A stretch of 63,959 nt of DNA, counting the filler, from Conidiobolus incongruus B7586 (Eukaryota): assembly GCA_000697335.1 (NCBI GenBank). It is 9 parts of 9 records of this genome, joined end to end, with 100 filler letters (N's around TTAATTAATTAA, not from the genome) between each part and the next. Parts side by side here need not be neighbours in the genome. Positions count along the whole stretch, not along the records: positions 26,961 to 29,270 come from JNEM01007055.1; positions 29,371 to 32,010 come from JNEM01007056.1; positions 32,111 to 35,253 come from JNEM01007057.1; positions 35,354 to 52,998 come from JNEM01007060.1; 5 more parts are not named here. The stretch is one strand, 5' to 3'. Shown here in pieces: positions 26,961 through 39,942 of the stretch. Position 1 is the first letter of the stretch, and the number at the start of each line of letters is the position of its first letter. The notes beneath the pieces were generated by a model. That model was not told the DNA's origin, made no database searches, and was given only the letters and a program-made list of their open reading frames with translations. A program made the position numbers and the translations under genes.

Positions 26961-27378
26961 TCATCGTCGATAAAATCCTCGGCCATAGACGCTATTATAA
27001 CCAAGATCTATACCTCGTCCAATGGAAAGGATACCCTAAAAATGAAGCTACTTGGGAACGCTATAATAGCGTTAAAAAGACCAATGCCTATCATGCCTAC
27101 GCTGAGAAGCATTCAAAGATTAGAGCGTCTCCTAATAAGGACACCTCAATCTGAGGGGAGTGTCATAGATCAGATCACTTTGTCATCATCGTGACACTGT
27201 CAATCATATCTGCTTACCTTATCTTATCTCTTTTATCTACTTGATCTTATCTTGTCTAATTTTACCTCTGAACCCTCACCAACTTTTACATATAAAAATG
27301 GGAACCATTGCCAAATAAACAAGGACTTTTTCCCACACTGTTCACATTGAAACAACTTGTATACATTGCCCTGTTATA
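26961..27378 (+). mobile_element. 3' end of Ty3/Gypsy chromovirus (LTR family 2): chromodomain, PPT, 218-bp LTR
   Basis: 26963-27154 encodes IVDKILGHRRYYNQDLYLVQWKGYPKNEATWE...* (intact chromodomain). PPT GAGGGGAG at 27153-27160. LTR 27161-27378 (TGTCATA...TGTTATA) appears identical to 53308-53525 and 55604-55821. Confidence 0.93.
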
Positions 27379-28323
27379 ATATATGTTTTATACTATAATA
27401 AATACTATTTACACCTCAAAAAAATACCTTTAACTAAATAAGTTTTATTATAAAGTCAAGTGGGAGTTTAAATATCACTATTAAAGTTAAATTAAAATAA
27501 ATTAGAATAAGGTTATTTAATCTAATAAAGCAAAAATATATAATAATATTTTTAATAAAAAAGCTAGATATTTCAAAAAAAAAACAAAGAACTACTTTGT
27601 AACTATTATATTATTTTAACTTAAAAATATAATAGTAAGTTAATTATAGTTTAAGAATATATATTATCTTTCAATATAAAGTAATTTTATAAAGTTAATA
27701 GGTGAATTAATATTAAAATATATTAAAATATTCGAGATAATAAATTAAAAAAATTATTTAATAATAAAAGTCAAATAAATTGAATATTTTTTAACAAGAT
27801 AATAACTTTTGTTATATTATTATTTTTATTACCAAATAACTTAAAAATAATAAATTAATAACTATAAAGTAGTTTTTTTAATTTTTTAATTTTAATCTAA
27901 TAAAATATCTTTGAAATTAGTTAAAAAAAGTAATCAAAGCTTTCCCACCAGCAAAAAATTTAAATAAGCTTGAAAAATATATTTAAGAAATTTAAAACAA
28001 AATTAATCTTTTTTAATATAAAAAATTAGTTAACTATATACCTTATAAACTTAAGGAAGTTAAAAATCAAAAAATAAATATATTAAGTTTTAATTTTCTT
28101 TTTATAACTAAATTATATAAATATATGACTTATTTTAAATAAAGTTTAAATTTTTATATATTAATTAAAAATTAATATAATTTGATCAAAAATATTAAAT
28201 TATAAATAAATAATATACATTTATTATATATTTTGATTTAAATTGATTTAATCAAAATTTAACAAAGTAATTGATAAAAATATGTATGATTATAATTTTA
28301 TAACTTATTTTTGTAAGCTAGTG
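27379..28323 (+). mobile_element. Tc1-family transposon relic, 3' part with right TIR, hypermutated
   Basis: Aligns with ~62830-63540 and with the reverse complement of 33979-34930. The WPPQSPDLNPIEHLW region has decayed to *FF*FFNFNLIKYL*. The TIR ends ...TTGTAAGCTAGTG. Confidence 0.8.
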
Positions 28324-28758
28324 TTTAATAAACTAATTAATACTAATAATTCAAATAATCTTATAAGTTGATTTATCTTTATTATAAATTTAATTAATAT
28401 ATAAATAGATCTTTTTAAAGAGGGATTTAAGTATAATAATATTAATAAAAAGAATTTAATATATTTATAAACTATTTTATAAAATAATAACAAAGAGAGA
28501 AAAAAGATATGATTTATATTATTAAATATATCCTTTTATCTTAAAAACTTACAGATTTATAACTTATCTTAATTAAATATTTAAGGTCAATATATTTGTT
28601 AATAACTTATTAAATATATTAAAATATATTTATTTATTATCAAATATTATATTTTAATTTTATATTATAATTTTAGATATTTAATATATATAATTATTTT
28701 TGTTATTAATAAAAAAATATATATTTTTAATTTGTTAACCTATTTTTATAAGTTAGTA
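28324..28758 (-). mobile_element. Second Tc1 relic (5' part plus left TIR), opposite orientation
   Basis: 28330-28465 matches 35120-35253 (GAGGGATTTAAGTATAATAAT). It ends in a decayed TIR ...TATAAGTTAGTA followed by TA. Confidence 0.7.
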
Positions 28759-28913
28759 TATTAAAATTTATATTAAATAATATTAATATATTATAATATT
28801 GATAAATTATAATATAAAATTAAAATAATAAAAATAATAGAAATTAAAAGAAAAAAATATAATTAATCAGAAATTTAATTTAATTTTAAAAATTAAACTA
28901 TTAATAATTATAT

Positions 28914-29270
28914 TGTAAGCGTTGTGGTAGTTAAACTAATATAGTGCAGAGGAAGACTTAATATAAAAGTAGTGTGGCGCAGAACGTGGTAATATAATGT
29001 GGCTGTAGCGTGCAAGTGTAAACAAAGTTTAATTAAGCTTCGAACTAGGATGAGTCACTGATATATTAAGATTTATATTAGGTAGTGCCAATATCCTACA
29101 ATATCGACAGAATATAGTCTCAATCTTAGAAATAGTGTGAAAGTAAAAAATAGTAAGAATTGAGAGGAAAAAAGAGGAACCTAGTTTATTAGATAATTTA
29201 ATACTATTTATACAATTAATTTAACTATATAAGTATAAATTAATCATATAATTTATAGTTAATTGGATTA
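28914..29270 (-). mobile_element. LTR, family 1 (copy A), truncated by gap
   Basis: Near-identical to 63541-63939 and to the reverse complement of 32149-32546. Terminal TGTAAG on + corresponds to the CTTACA LTR end. Confidence 0.92.
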
Positions 29271-30494
29271 NNNNNNNNNNNNNNNNNNNNNNNNNNNNNN
29301 NNNNNNNNNNNNNNTTAATTAATTAANNNNNNNNNNNNNNNNNNNNNNNNNNNNNNNNNNNNNNNNNNNNTATAAAAATATCATAATATTATTCAATTAA
29401 GACTTTTATGAAAATTTATTATTATGAATATAATAGACTAATTAATATATTATATAAATATATAATTTATAATTCTAATCAAGAATTTAATTAATAAATA
29501 GAGAATATAATTACTATAATAACTTGGTATATATATATTAATATATTATTTATTATAATTTATTATTATATATTAAGTACTAAATTATTTAAATTAATAA
29601 TAAAATTTAAGAGAGTATAAGATCAATTATGTATTCAGTTGGTAGTATTTAGGAATAATTATAAATATAGCATTTTGATAAAATCATAAATTTTAAATAA
29701 TTAAATATATGATATTAAGTTGGCTGGAAATTTTGAATAAAATGATTGATTATTTGCATATTTAATTAATTTTATTATCGGGATAAATCGGCAGATTTGT
29801 ACCAACTTTCATTTTATATTTACAATATACTCAAGATTAATAAAACTAATATAATCACAGTCATTTTTATCAAGAGAAATGACTTTGTAATATTACATAT
29901 ATAATTATATTTTATATATTTATATATATTTTGGTGGTACAATATAATTTTTAAAAAGAAAACATATTCAGGAACTACCATCCTATTTTATCCTTTATGC
30001 TGGTCTTTAATATTGTATGTAAAGTTTTGAGCTTTTAAAAATATTATCGTTAGAATTAAAATCAATATATACAACATTTAGCTGATATCTATAATATTCA
30101 AAAGGCGGTTCATTAATATAAACCACTACTGCCACCAATATCTAACATATATAAAGGATTGAATGAGCTTCAGTTTAATATTAATATAACCAAGGAATTA
30201 ATTCAGAAACCCATTACACCCATTGATTATGGAATCATATGAATTTGATGCTTTATCAAATGAAAACATAATTTTACACAAATGTTGGCAATTTTCGAAA
30301 TTCAACAACTGTTTATCCAACAAAATTAATCATAGTTACTATATGTGCTACTGATTGGTTCAAATATTTTGTGCAATAATGAATGGAGATGGAGTTCATA
30401 TAAATAGGAGCACATTCAAAGTTGAGCCTCTTTACTCAATAGAAACAGACTTTTGTTCCATTAGATCATATATATCATATAATCATTAATTATA

Positions 30495-31551
30495 ATGGCT
30501 TCTCAATTATTTGGTAAAACTACCCTTCGCAATCCCACCGAACAAAAGCCTACCGGTATTGATTTGTACTTGCGTTTCGCTTTTGCTGGTGCTGTCTGCT
30601 GTTCCATTACCCATGGTGCTCTTACTCCCGTTGATGTTGTAAGTAAATCTATTTTTAATTTATTTCGCCATCATCATTACTGATATTGTTGATCTTATTT
30701 AATCTCCTTCATCTTTACTAATAATGCTTTGATCACAGGTCAAGACCCGCATTCAACTTGAACCTACTGTTTACAAGGATGGTATGTTGGCTTCCTTCCG
30801 TCAAGTTGTTAAGAACGAAGGTGCCGGTGCTCTCTTAACTGGTCTTGGACCCACTGTTGGTGGTTACTTCGCCCAAGGTGCTTTCAAATTCGGAGGTTAC
30901 GAATTCTTCAAGAAGACTTTCATTGATTACTTGGGTGTTGAAACTGCTACTCAAAACCGCACTGCTGTTTACCTTGTTTCTTCTGCTTTTGCTGAATTCA
31001 TTGCCGATATTTTCTTGTGTCCTTTGGAAGCTACTCGTATTAGATTGGTTTCCCAACCCACTTTCGCCTCTGGTTTGGTTGGTGGTTTCACCCGTCTTTT
31101 GAAGGAAGAAGGTGTCATCCGCGGTTTCTACTCTGGTTTCGGACCTATCTTGCTCAAGCAAGTTCCCTACACCATGGCTAAGTTTGTCGTCTATGAACGT
31201 GCTGCCGAAGCCATCTACGGCTCTATCTCCACTCCCAAGGATCAACTCTCCAACAGCACTACCACTGCCATTAACTTGGGTTCTGGTTTAATTGCTGGTG
31301 TTGCTGCTGCCATCATCTCTCAACCTGCTGATACCCTCTTATCTAAGATCAACAAGCAAAAGGGTGCCGAAGGTTCCATCATGTCTCGTTTAGTCGGTTT
31401 GGCTAAGGAACTTGGACCTCGTGGTCTCTTCTTAGGTTTGGGCGCTCGTATTGTCATGGTCGGTACTTTAACCGCTGGTCAATTCGCTATCTATGGTGAT
31501 ATCAAGCGTATCTTGGGTGCTACTAACGGTATTGAATTGGCCAAGGCTTAA
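30495..31551 (+). CDS. MIR1: Mitochondrial phosphate carrier (Mir1/PiC, SLC25A3), 2 exons (intron 30639-30738)
   Basis: [70 protein letters not shown]. Confidence 0.96.
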
Positions 31552-32110
31552 TTTGGTCATAATCTCTCCAATCAATTTAATTATAATTCAATTAATATCA
31601 AAAGCTTTTAAATCAATATAAAATATTTTTCTTTACCTAATCAATTATTGCTGATTTATATCTATTAGATATTTTCTCATTAAGTGTTACTAAATCATAT
31701 TTAAATACTGCCTAATTATCTTATATCTTTATTATATTGCTTTTATTATTTTATTTAATTTTAACTTATATACTTCCAAGTTATTTTTATTTTAAATCTG
31801 CTATTTTTATCTTTCCTAATAATATTTTAATATTTTTTAAGTTAATTACAAATTTGTTTATTTTAGTTTTTGACAATAAACTTATATAATATATCAATTT
31901 GAGTTATAATTATATTAATATTTTAATATAATATACTTTAAATTATTATTCTATCTATATAAAAATTCCAAACCATATAAAAAGCTATATATTGATTTTG
32001 TTTTATTTATNNNNNNNNNNNNNNNNNNNNNNNNNNNNNNNNNNNNNNNNNNNNTTAATTAATTAANNNNNNNNNNNNNNNNNNNNNNNNNNNNNNNNNN
32101 NNNNNNNNNN

Positions 32111-32546
32111 TAGGGAGTGTGTCTCCTCTAAGAGACCCACTGGGGGAGTGTTAAGAGACTAGTTCTCTAAATTCTTATATACACTTTATATAATCTAATT
32201 AACTATAAATTATATGATTAATTTATACTTATATAGTTAAATTAATTGTATAAATAGTATTAAATTATCTAATAAACTAGGTTCCTCTTTTTCCTCTCAA
32301 TTCTTACTATTTTTTACTTTTACACTATTTCTAAGATTGAGACTATATTCTGTCAATATTGTAGGATATTGGCACTACCTAATATAAATCTTAATATATC
32401 AGTGACTCATCCTAGTTTGAAGCTTAATTAAACTTTGTTTACACTTGCACACTACAGCCACATTATATTACCACATTCTGCACCACACTACTTTTATATT
32501 AAGTCTTCCTCTGCACTATATTAGTTTAACTACCACTACACTTACA
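32111..32546 (+). mobile_element. 3' LTR, family 1 (copy B) with PPT
   Basis: PPT GGGGGAG at 32142-32148, then a 398-bp LTR 32149-32546 (TGTTAAG...CTTACA). All CpG sites seen in copies A/C are TG or CA here. Confidence 0.92.
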
Positions 32547-33230
32547 ATTTTATACTCACTATTTTTAAAATTAAAGATGATGTAATTTCATATTAAATTT
32601 ATTATACTTGTAAAGAATAAAGAAAGTAAATTAATATATACTCAAAGTCTGTAGAATATATTCAAGAATAGAGTCTGAGTTTCAGAATAATTATAATCAG
32701 AGTAGCCAAGCAACACTAATGAAATCACTACAGATATAAAGATCAATGACTAGAAAATATACAGCTGTAATTTAAAGTACATTTGACCAAATATGAAAAT
32801 GTTACAATTGATCAAAATTGAGAGAAATTGATGTTAACCTAAATAATTATCAACGAGAGTCTAATATAAATAACTATCAAGCAAGGAAGATTATTATGTT
32901 CATATCAAATATCTCTGAACATTGAGAATCTATTTCAGCTATGGAAAGAGTGATAAATATATAAGGATATAATAACATCATTCAATATTTTATAGTATAA
33001 AATTTACAGTCATACCTCATTCATAATATACATATGATTTTATGATTGCTACCGGTTCATTTATTATCTTATAGTTGGCATAGAATTGATATATTATATG
33101 GACATAATGATTTTGCTCATATATTACTGATAGTATGCAATATTAACCACTCAGAAACAGTTGAACCAATTATTATTGAATTGATTTAGTGAAAAATAAT
33201 AACAAAGTTTTGAATTTAATAACTTTGCAA

Positions 33231-33254
<24 letters not shown>
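33231..33254. repeat. (AT)n microsatellite
   Basis: About 12 AT units. Similar short tracts lie near 52595 and 56455, and an (AAT)n tract near 14186-14214. Confidence 0.85.
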
Positions 33255-33261
<7 letters not shown>

Positions 33262-33978
33262 CACTTAACAATAAGTAAATATCTGTAATAAGGTTACTAA
33301 CATAATATAGCTCAATATTTATTAAAAAATTGATCATTAAATATTTATATTTATTTTTAATATTAGTAAATATTCTTAAGAGAAGATTTATTTTATTTTT
33401 GATATTAAAATCTATATTAAATCTCTTTGATTTATCACCTGTTTAATAAATGACAAAAACAAAATTTATTTTTAATAAAATTAATTTATCAATATAACTA
33501 ATTATTCAAGAAGTTAAATTTTATTAGGTTATAAAATTATTAATTCAATGTATATCAATTTATATACTATAAAAATCAAATTATCAGTATATATAATAAT
33601 GTTTGCAAATATTTTATCAAATTCTTAATTTGATTTAAAGTGATAGTTTCAAAAAATAAAAGTAATTTATAAGGTTATAACATTAATCATGCTTATGAAT
33701 TAAATTAGTTTAACTATAATTTGTCAACTATATGAAATATTAAGAAATACTAACAAATTTTGATATTTTGATTTTATAATTTAAGCTTATATCATTAACC
33801 AAAATTTGGTGTTTATAATCTAATTATTAAAAAAATTATTCTAGCTATTTTATTATTAATTTAATATACTCTTTTTATTAGATTAATGAAATAAATTTGT
33901 TATTAATATTATATTCCCATTTATTATCCTTATGTTATCAAGTATTTGAAAGATATCCCTTATACTAAATATTTATTA

Positions 33979-35253
33979 CACTAACCTACAAAAGTAAGTT
34001 ATAAAATCAAAAACACCTATATTTTTACTAATAACTTAATTAATATTTAATAAAATAAACTTAAATTAAATAATTAAAATCTATTATATTTATTAGTTAT
34101 ATATATTATTAAATAATGATATTTAGTTATTAATTGGTTAAAATATAAACCTTTAAATTTTACCTAAGGTAAGTTATAAATTGGTAGGTTTTTGGTGATA
34201 AAAAAAAATTAAAACCTAGTGTATCTACCTTTAACTTTTTTAACTTCTTTAAGTTTATAGGGTATAGAATTAATTAACTTCTTACACTAAAAAAGGTTAA
34301 TCTTGTTTTATACTTCTTGAATATATTTTTAAAGTTGATTTAAATTTTTTACTAGGGGGAAAACTTTAATAACTTTTTTTAACTAATCTTAAAAGTATTT
34401 AATTAGATTAAAGTTAAAAAATTAAAAAAGTTACTTTATAACTATTATCTTGTTATTTTTAAACTATTTGGTAGTAAAAGTTATAATATAATAAAAAACA
34501 TTATCTTACTAGAAAATAACATTAGAATTATTTAACTTATATTATTTAATGGTTTTTTTTAATTTATTATTTAGAATATTTTAGTATATTTTAGTATTAA
34601 TTCCTTTATTAACTTTATAAAAATACTTTACACCTAAAGATAACATATATCTTTAAATAATAATTAACCTACCACTATACTTTTAAGTAAAATTAACATA
34701 ATAGTTATAAAATAATTATATATTTTTTTTAAAGTATTTAGCTTTTTTATTAAATCTACTAAAGTATATTTTTGTTTCATTAAATTAAATAACTTTACTT
34801 TAATTAGTTTTAGTTTAATATTAGTAATAACATTTAAACTTTTACCTAGCTTTATAATAAAATTTCTTTAGTTAAAAGTGTTTTTTTTAAAGTATAAATG
34901 GTATCTATGTTAATATAAAGTATATATAATAGTATTAATGCTAACTGATATTCTTATATAGTTTTATAGTTCTTGTTATATTTCTACAATAGTACTATAT
35001 TTACCTACATTAACTAACTTACAAATATACTTTTTATTATATTTATCTATAATTTTAACACATTTAAGTTTAAGTTTAAATGTTTTTTTATTGTTTTTTT
35101 TAACAACTTTAACTATAGTAGATTAACTAACACTAGTAATCTTAACAATATCATAAGTTAATTTACTTTCTTTATAAAGTTAATTAATATATAAGTAGAT
35201 TTTTTTAGAGAGGGATTTAAGTATAATAATACTAATAAAAAAAATTTAGTATA
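33979..35253 (-). mobile_element. Tc1 relic with long TIR, hypermutated, runs into gap
   Basis: TA followed by CACTAACCTACAAAAGTAAGTTATAAAA matches the TIR at 62216. The minus strand reads the transposase C-terminus KLINSIPYKLKEVKKVKGRYTRF*. Confidence 0.82.
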
Positions 35254-35353
35254 NNNNNNNNNNNNNNNNNNNNNNNNNNNNNNNNNNNNNNNNNNNNTTA
35301 ATTAATTAANNNNNNNNNNNNNNNNNNNNNNNNNNNNNNNNNNNNNNNNNNNN

Positions 35354-36652
35354 AAATTTAAAATAATGGGACATTTTTTAATTTCTGATTTTTCAAACAT
35401 ATTATTAGTTTGAAATAAATAAATATATACAAAGTTAATAGGAAATTATATATTTCTAATATATATATATATATTAGTTTTTTTGATTAAAAAATTAACT
35501 TTTTAATATTGGTTATTTAATTTAATTATGTTTAAACTAAATAGTGATCATTAAAAGTTTTTTATTTTAGTATTAGTAAAACTTAACTATAAAATCTTTA
35601 AAATTATCTAAAATTTACAAGCAACTTTTAGTAATGAAACATTATCTAAATTAATAATTTATTGCTAGGTAAATTACTTTAAAGCTAAGAGAAAAACTAT
35701 TCAAAACCTATTAAAATCTAGAAAACTAACTTCAACTATTACTCTTTTAATTATAAATAGAGTGAAAAAATATATTGAAAAGTATTTTTTTATTTTAGTT
35801 AGAGAATTATCTAAGTACTTTAATATTAGTTTTATAAGTATTTTATATATTTTAAAGTTTAAACTAAAATTAATAAATAAAAATGTAAAATAAATACCTT
35901 ATAATTTAACTAAAGCTTAAAAAAAGCTAGAGTAGCTATTGTTAAACAAAACCTATTAAAATATTACTAGAAGCTTAAACTTTTACAATGAATAATTATA
36001 ATTAATGAATCTTAAATCCCTATTTATAATCTTTTATTAAAACACAAATCAAAATGCTAGATTAAGTTAAATTAACCCCCTCTACAAATCCCTTTAAATA
36101 AGCATTTTGTTAATAAGTGAATATTAATTATTGTAATATATTATAATAATATATGCTATTTTTATTTAGTTCCTGAAGGAAAATTAATTAATAGTAAATT
36201 ATATATTGTTTTTTTAAATAAAAGTATTTCTAATTGGTGTTTTCAATATAATTTGAGAAAACCTATTATTTTACATGATAATTGTAAAATACATAAATTT
36301 AAAGCTGTAAAAAACTTTCTAATTAAAAATAACTAGAAAAAACTACCACATCTAGTATATTCTTTTTATTATAACCTATGTAATTATAATTACTTTAGGT
36401 AATTAAAAAACTAATTTACAAGAAAGAAAATTTCTACAGGAAAATTTAATTGGTTTGTGAAATATTAAATTTTAGTTTTTAATAAAAAGAATTGTTTTTT
36501 AGGTGTTAGAAGTTTGTTAAAAGTATAACAAAAAGTTATTAATAATAAAAGAAACTATTAAATTTATATTATATATTTATTTTTATATATTATATATTCA
36601 AATGTTTATTTATTTTTAATTGCAAAAAATTCCCATTATTAAAAATATAAAG
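35354..36652 (+). mobile_element. Near full-length mariner relic, hypermutated
   Basis: Decayed mariner motifs appear in order: K*IPYNL (WVPHEL, ~35890), IIIINES* (IVTGDEKW, ~36000), IILHDNCKIH (~36270), LPHLVYSFYYNLCNYNYF (YSPDLAPSDY, ~36345), GVRSLLKV*QKVI. TIRs contain TAATGGGA/TCCCATTA and a terminal TA follows. Confidence 0.85.
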
Positions 36653-36659
36653 TAATAAT

Positions 36660-37246
36660 AACTATTTTAACTATTTTAACTTTTTTAAACATTAGATTAT
36701 AAGGTAATTATTATATATTTTTATTAATTAATTTTAATTTAAACTTTAATATATATAAAATACTTATGTAATTAATATTAAAGTACTTTAATAATTCTTT
36801 AATTGAAATAAAAAAGTGTTTTTTAATATAATTTCTCACTTTATTAATAATTAAAAAAATAATAATTAAAATTAATCTTTTAAATTTTAACAAATTTTAA
36901 GTAGTTTTTTTTAACTTTAAAGTAATTTACTTAGTAATAAATGATTAATTTAAATAATCCTTATTATTAAAAGCTACTTATAAATTTTAAATGATTTTAA
37001 AGGGTTTGTGGTTAAATTTTATTAATACTAAAATCAAAGACTTTTGGTGATTATTATTTAATTTAAGCATATTTAAATTAAACAACCAATTTTAAAAAAT
37101 TAATTTTTTAATCAAAAAAATTATTATATATATAATTCAAAACTATTTATTTTCTTATTTGTTTTGTATATATTTTTTTATTTGAAATTAATAATATGTT
37201 TAAAAAATCAAAAATTAAAAAATTTCCCATTTTTTTAATTCTATAG
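36660..37246 (-). mobile_element. Mariner relic, 5' fragment, opposite orientation
   Basis: The reverse complement aligns with ~35360-35890. It ends in TIR TTTCCCATTTTTTTAATTCTATAG followed by TA. The left boundary is approximate. Confidence 0.72.
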
Positions 37247-37630
37247 TAATATTTACCTCACTATTTGCTTATCAACAAGTTGAAAACCTCTGGGATTAAC
37301 CCAATGAATATAATCACACATGTTAGTTGAATTAAGATTAAGTTGAGTTGAGGGCTAAACTAAAGTTTTTTCACAAAAACCATATAGTTGTTTTGTTTAT
37401 TCTTGGCTAAAAATGTTTTTGTTGTTAGTAATTTTATTCCAAAAATATAAAATGGAATTGAGTTTAGGTTAAACACTTAAGAAAAGATTTGAAGTTTGTT
37501 TCTTGATGAAGCCTGCTAGTTATTCATTACAGGTTAAGGTGACTCCAAGAAACTCTGAGTCATTGATTGGTTAAATAGTATAATTATGACAAATATAAAT
37601 AAAGTTTATAGCTATATTAAATAGAATATT

Positions 37631-38797
37631 TTATTTATAAACAAATTTAATACCAGGCTCTAAGGATAATAGATCATTCATTTCTTTATAGCTATAGCCA
37701 TATTCACAGCAGATTTCGTCCATACATTTGGATCCATCTAGATATTTCTTTAATCCAAGAGGAATTACACCTTTGATTTCTTCAATTAGGATTGGATATT
37801 GGTGGACACGATAAAGCACGTTCCTCATAATCCCAAATAAAAAGAATCGTCTAACATCAACATTTAAAGAAGTTATCTGATTATCTTCAACCCATTGAGC
37901 AACTGTCACTCCGCTTTGTAGAGAACAGTATAAAGAAAAGAGCTTGGGAAAAGAAGGGCCAGGTTTTCCAGGTGGAATAACGAAATGAATACATTCGGAT
38001 TGAAGGTTTGGATTTGTTATCAACTGATTGACACTCGGTTTGACTGCATATATGTTTGAATACTGAAAGGTGTCTACAGTTTGTATTCCTCCATAATAAG
38101 CAAGGTTATCAATGCATTTCTGAGTTAGATTAATTTCAACGCCACTTAGTTGACTGATCTTTTTAACATGATTGATTCCATTGATATGAGGGATGATTTG
38201 CCGCGTCGTCAAGTCCCAACCAGGTTCACTCAGTGCCATTAAATCTACGAGTGGAAGAGGAGTCTGATGTGGTTGAATAGGAATGGGCTGCTTATATAGA
38301 GGAAACAGTTTAAGGTTCAAAATATCTGATTTACCTAGCATAATTCTAGTCTCACACATATTATTTAAATCTTCTAGCATATGTTCAAAAGTTGGTAGTA
38401 AGAACTGTTTACGCTCTGGGTTGCTTAAAAACTCTCTATCTTCCTCTATGGTCTTCAAAAAATTAGCCATCTTTTTGACCAGAGGCTCATAGCTAAAAGT
38501 GTTACTATTGATGTCAAAAACAAAGCATAAATTAAACATGAGAGCATTTCTTTCGTATTTATCATGTTCTATGGTAATTGGACATCCGACAACTTTATAA
38601 TTTCTGGTACAGAACGTAATGAGTCGATGACAAAGTGGTGTTTTTGGAATTACTAAGTCTGAGTATTGGTCGAAATCAAACAATCTGCTATCTTTAGAAG
38701 TTAAACTGCCTTCAGGAACTTCATAGATCACCTTGGGACCTTGAATCGGATGAAATTCACTATAAAATAAACAGTGAAGTTTCGGAAAACCAAACAT
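37631..38797 (-). CDS. NPR2: GATOR1/SEACIT subunit Npr2/NPRL2
   Basis: 388-aa ORF with FYSEFHPIQGPKVIYEVP, YERNALMFNLCFVF, LNLKLFP, WDLTTRQIIPHINGINHV, DTFQYSNIY and DVRRFFLFG. Confidence 0.95.
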   Translation of the reverse strand: MFGFPKLHCLFYSEFHPIQGPKVIYEVPEGSLTSKDSRLFDFDQYSDLVIPKTPLCHRLITFCTRNYKVVGCPITIEHDKYERNALMFNLCFVFDINSNTFSYEPLVKKMANFLKTIEEDREFLSNPERKQFLLPTFEHMLEDLNNMCETRIMLGKSDILNLKLFPLYKQPIPIQPHQTPLPLVDLMALSEPGWDLTTRQIIPHINGINHVKKISQLSGVEINLTQKCIDNLAYYGGIQTVDTFQYSNIYAVKPSVNQLITNPNLQSECIHFVIPPGKPGPSFPKLFSLYCSLQSGVTVAQWVEDNQITSLNVDVRRFFLFGIMRNVLYRVHQYPILIEEIKGVIPLGLKKYLDGSKCMDEICCEYGYSYKEMNDLLSLEPGIKFVYK

Positions 38798-39942
38798 TGT
38801 ATATAAATTGTACTATTAAATCTTGAAATTCAACTAATTTATTTTAATAATAATAATTTACCATTTAATTAAAATGAGTTTAGTAATTACTAAAATGTAT
38901 ATAATATTCTAATGACTGATCAATTTAAAATTTATAGATTCATGAAGAAATAAATAATTATGGGACAGAATTATCATTTTTCAATAATTTTTAATATCCT
39001 AGAATATTTAAGTATTAAAAAATAAATTGATTTGATTTTTTTTAGATATTTCAAAGACAAACCTATGTTGCTTTCTATAAATTAGTTAATAAAAACATAT
39101 ATTTCTATATTCTGACTCAGTTCACTAAGAATTCGCAAATCATATTATGAAATTTTGAAACCACGATTTTTTACGGCATTATTAATTTTTGTATAATTTG
39201 AGAAAAAAATTATATCATAATAATATAAAATTTTGAAAGTTAATTGTATACAAACAAATAAACAAAAAATAAATAACATTAATTTCAAACTTGGTAATAT
39301 ATATTAACTTTAAAGTTTCAAGAATTTTTAACTAAATTGGGTAAGTTTCATAAGAGATGGATTGTCGAAATTAATTTAGGATTCAAAAAATTTGCATGAT
39401 TTAGAAATATAAAATTATATTTAATAATGTTGAGTACACTTTAATTTGTGAGACACAAATATAAATATAAATTAGTGATATATTTCTAGTAAAAATCCAT
39501 TATTATATATTATGTATATTGTACTTTTAACAATTAAATATAAATATATACTGGAATATTTATTATTATTATATTTTATTTATCTTCAATAATTTATTTA
39601 GATTATTATTTTATTTTAATTATATAACTGTATTTTCAATATATTTTATAATTAAATAAATGAAATTGTTGTTATTAACTATCAATTATTAATATATCTG
39701 TATATTGAATTATTGATCAATATATGTAATAATTTTTATTGGAACTAATTAACATTTGTTGAAAATAATTATTAAAACTTGAAATAAAAATCAAATGAGC
39801 AAAAAATTGCATAATATAATAATTGAATTAATAAAGATGAAAAGATTAAATAAATATAATATATCAAGTGATAAGATTAGAGAATATTCAATTAAACTAT
39901 AAAATGAGATATTTTAATTATTGAAAGAAATATTCGATTGAA

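Noticed and set aside
28305..28493. Short I/L/K/N/F/Y-rich ORFs (also 3291-3503, 36711-36893, 56395-56586)
   Set aside because: Chance frames in AT-rich or TE-relic DNA, most with non-ATG starts.
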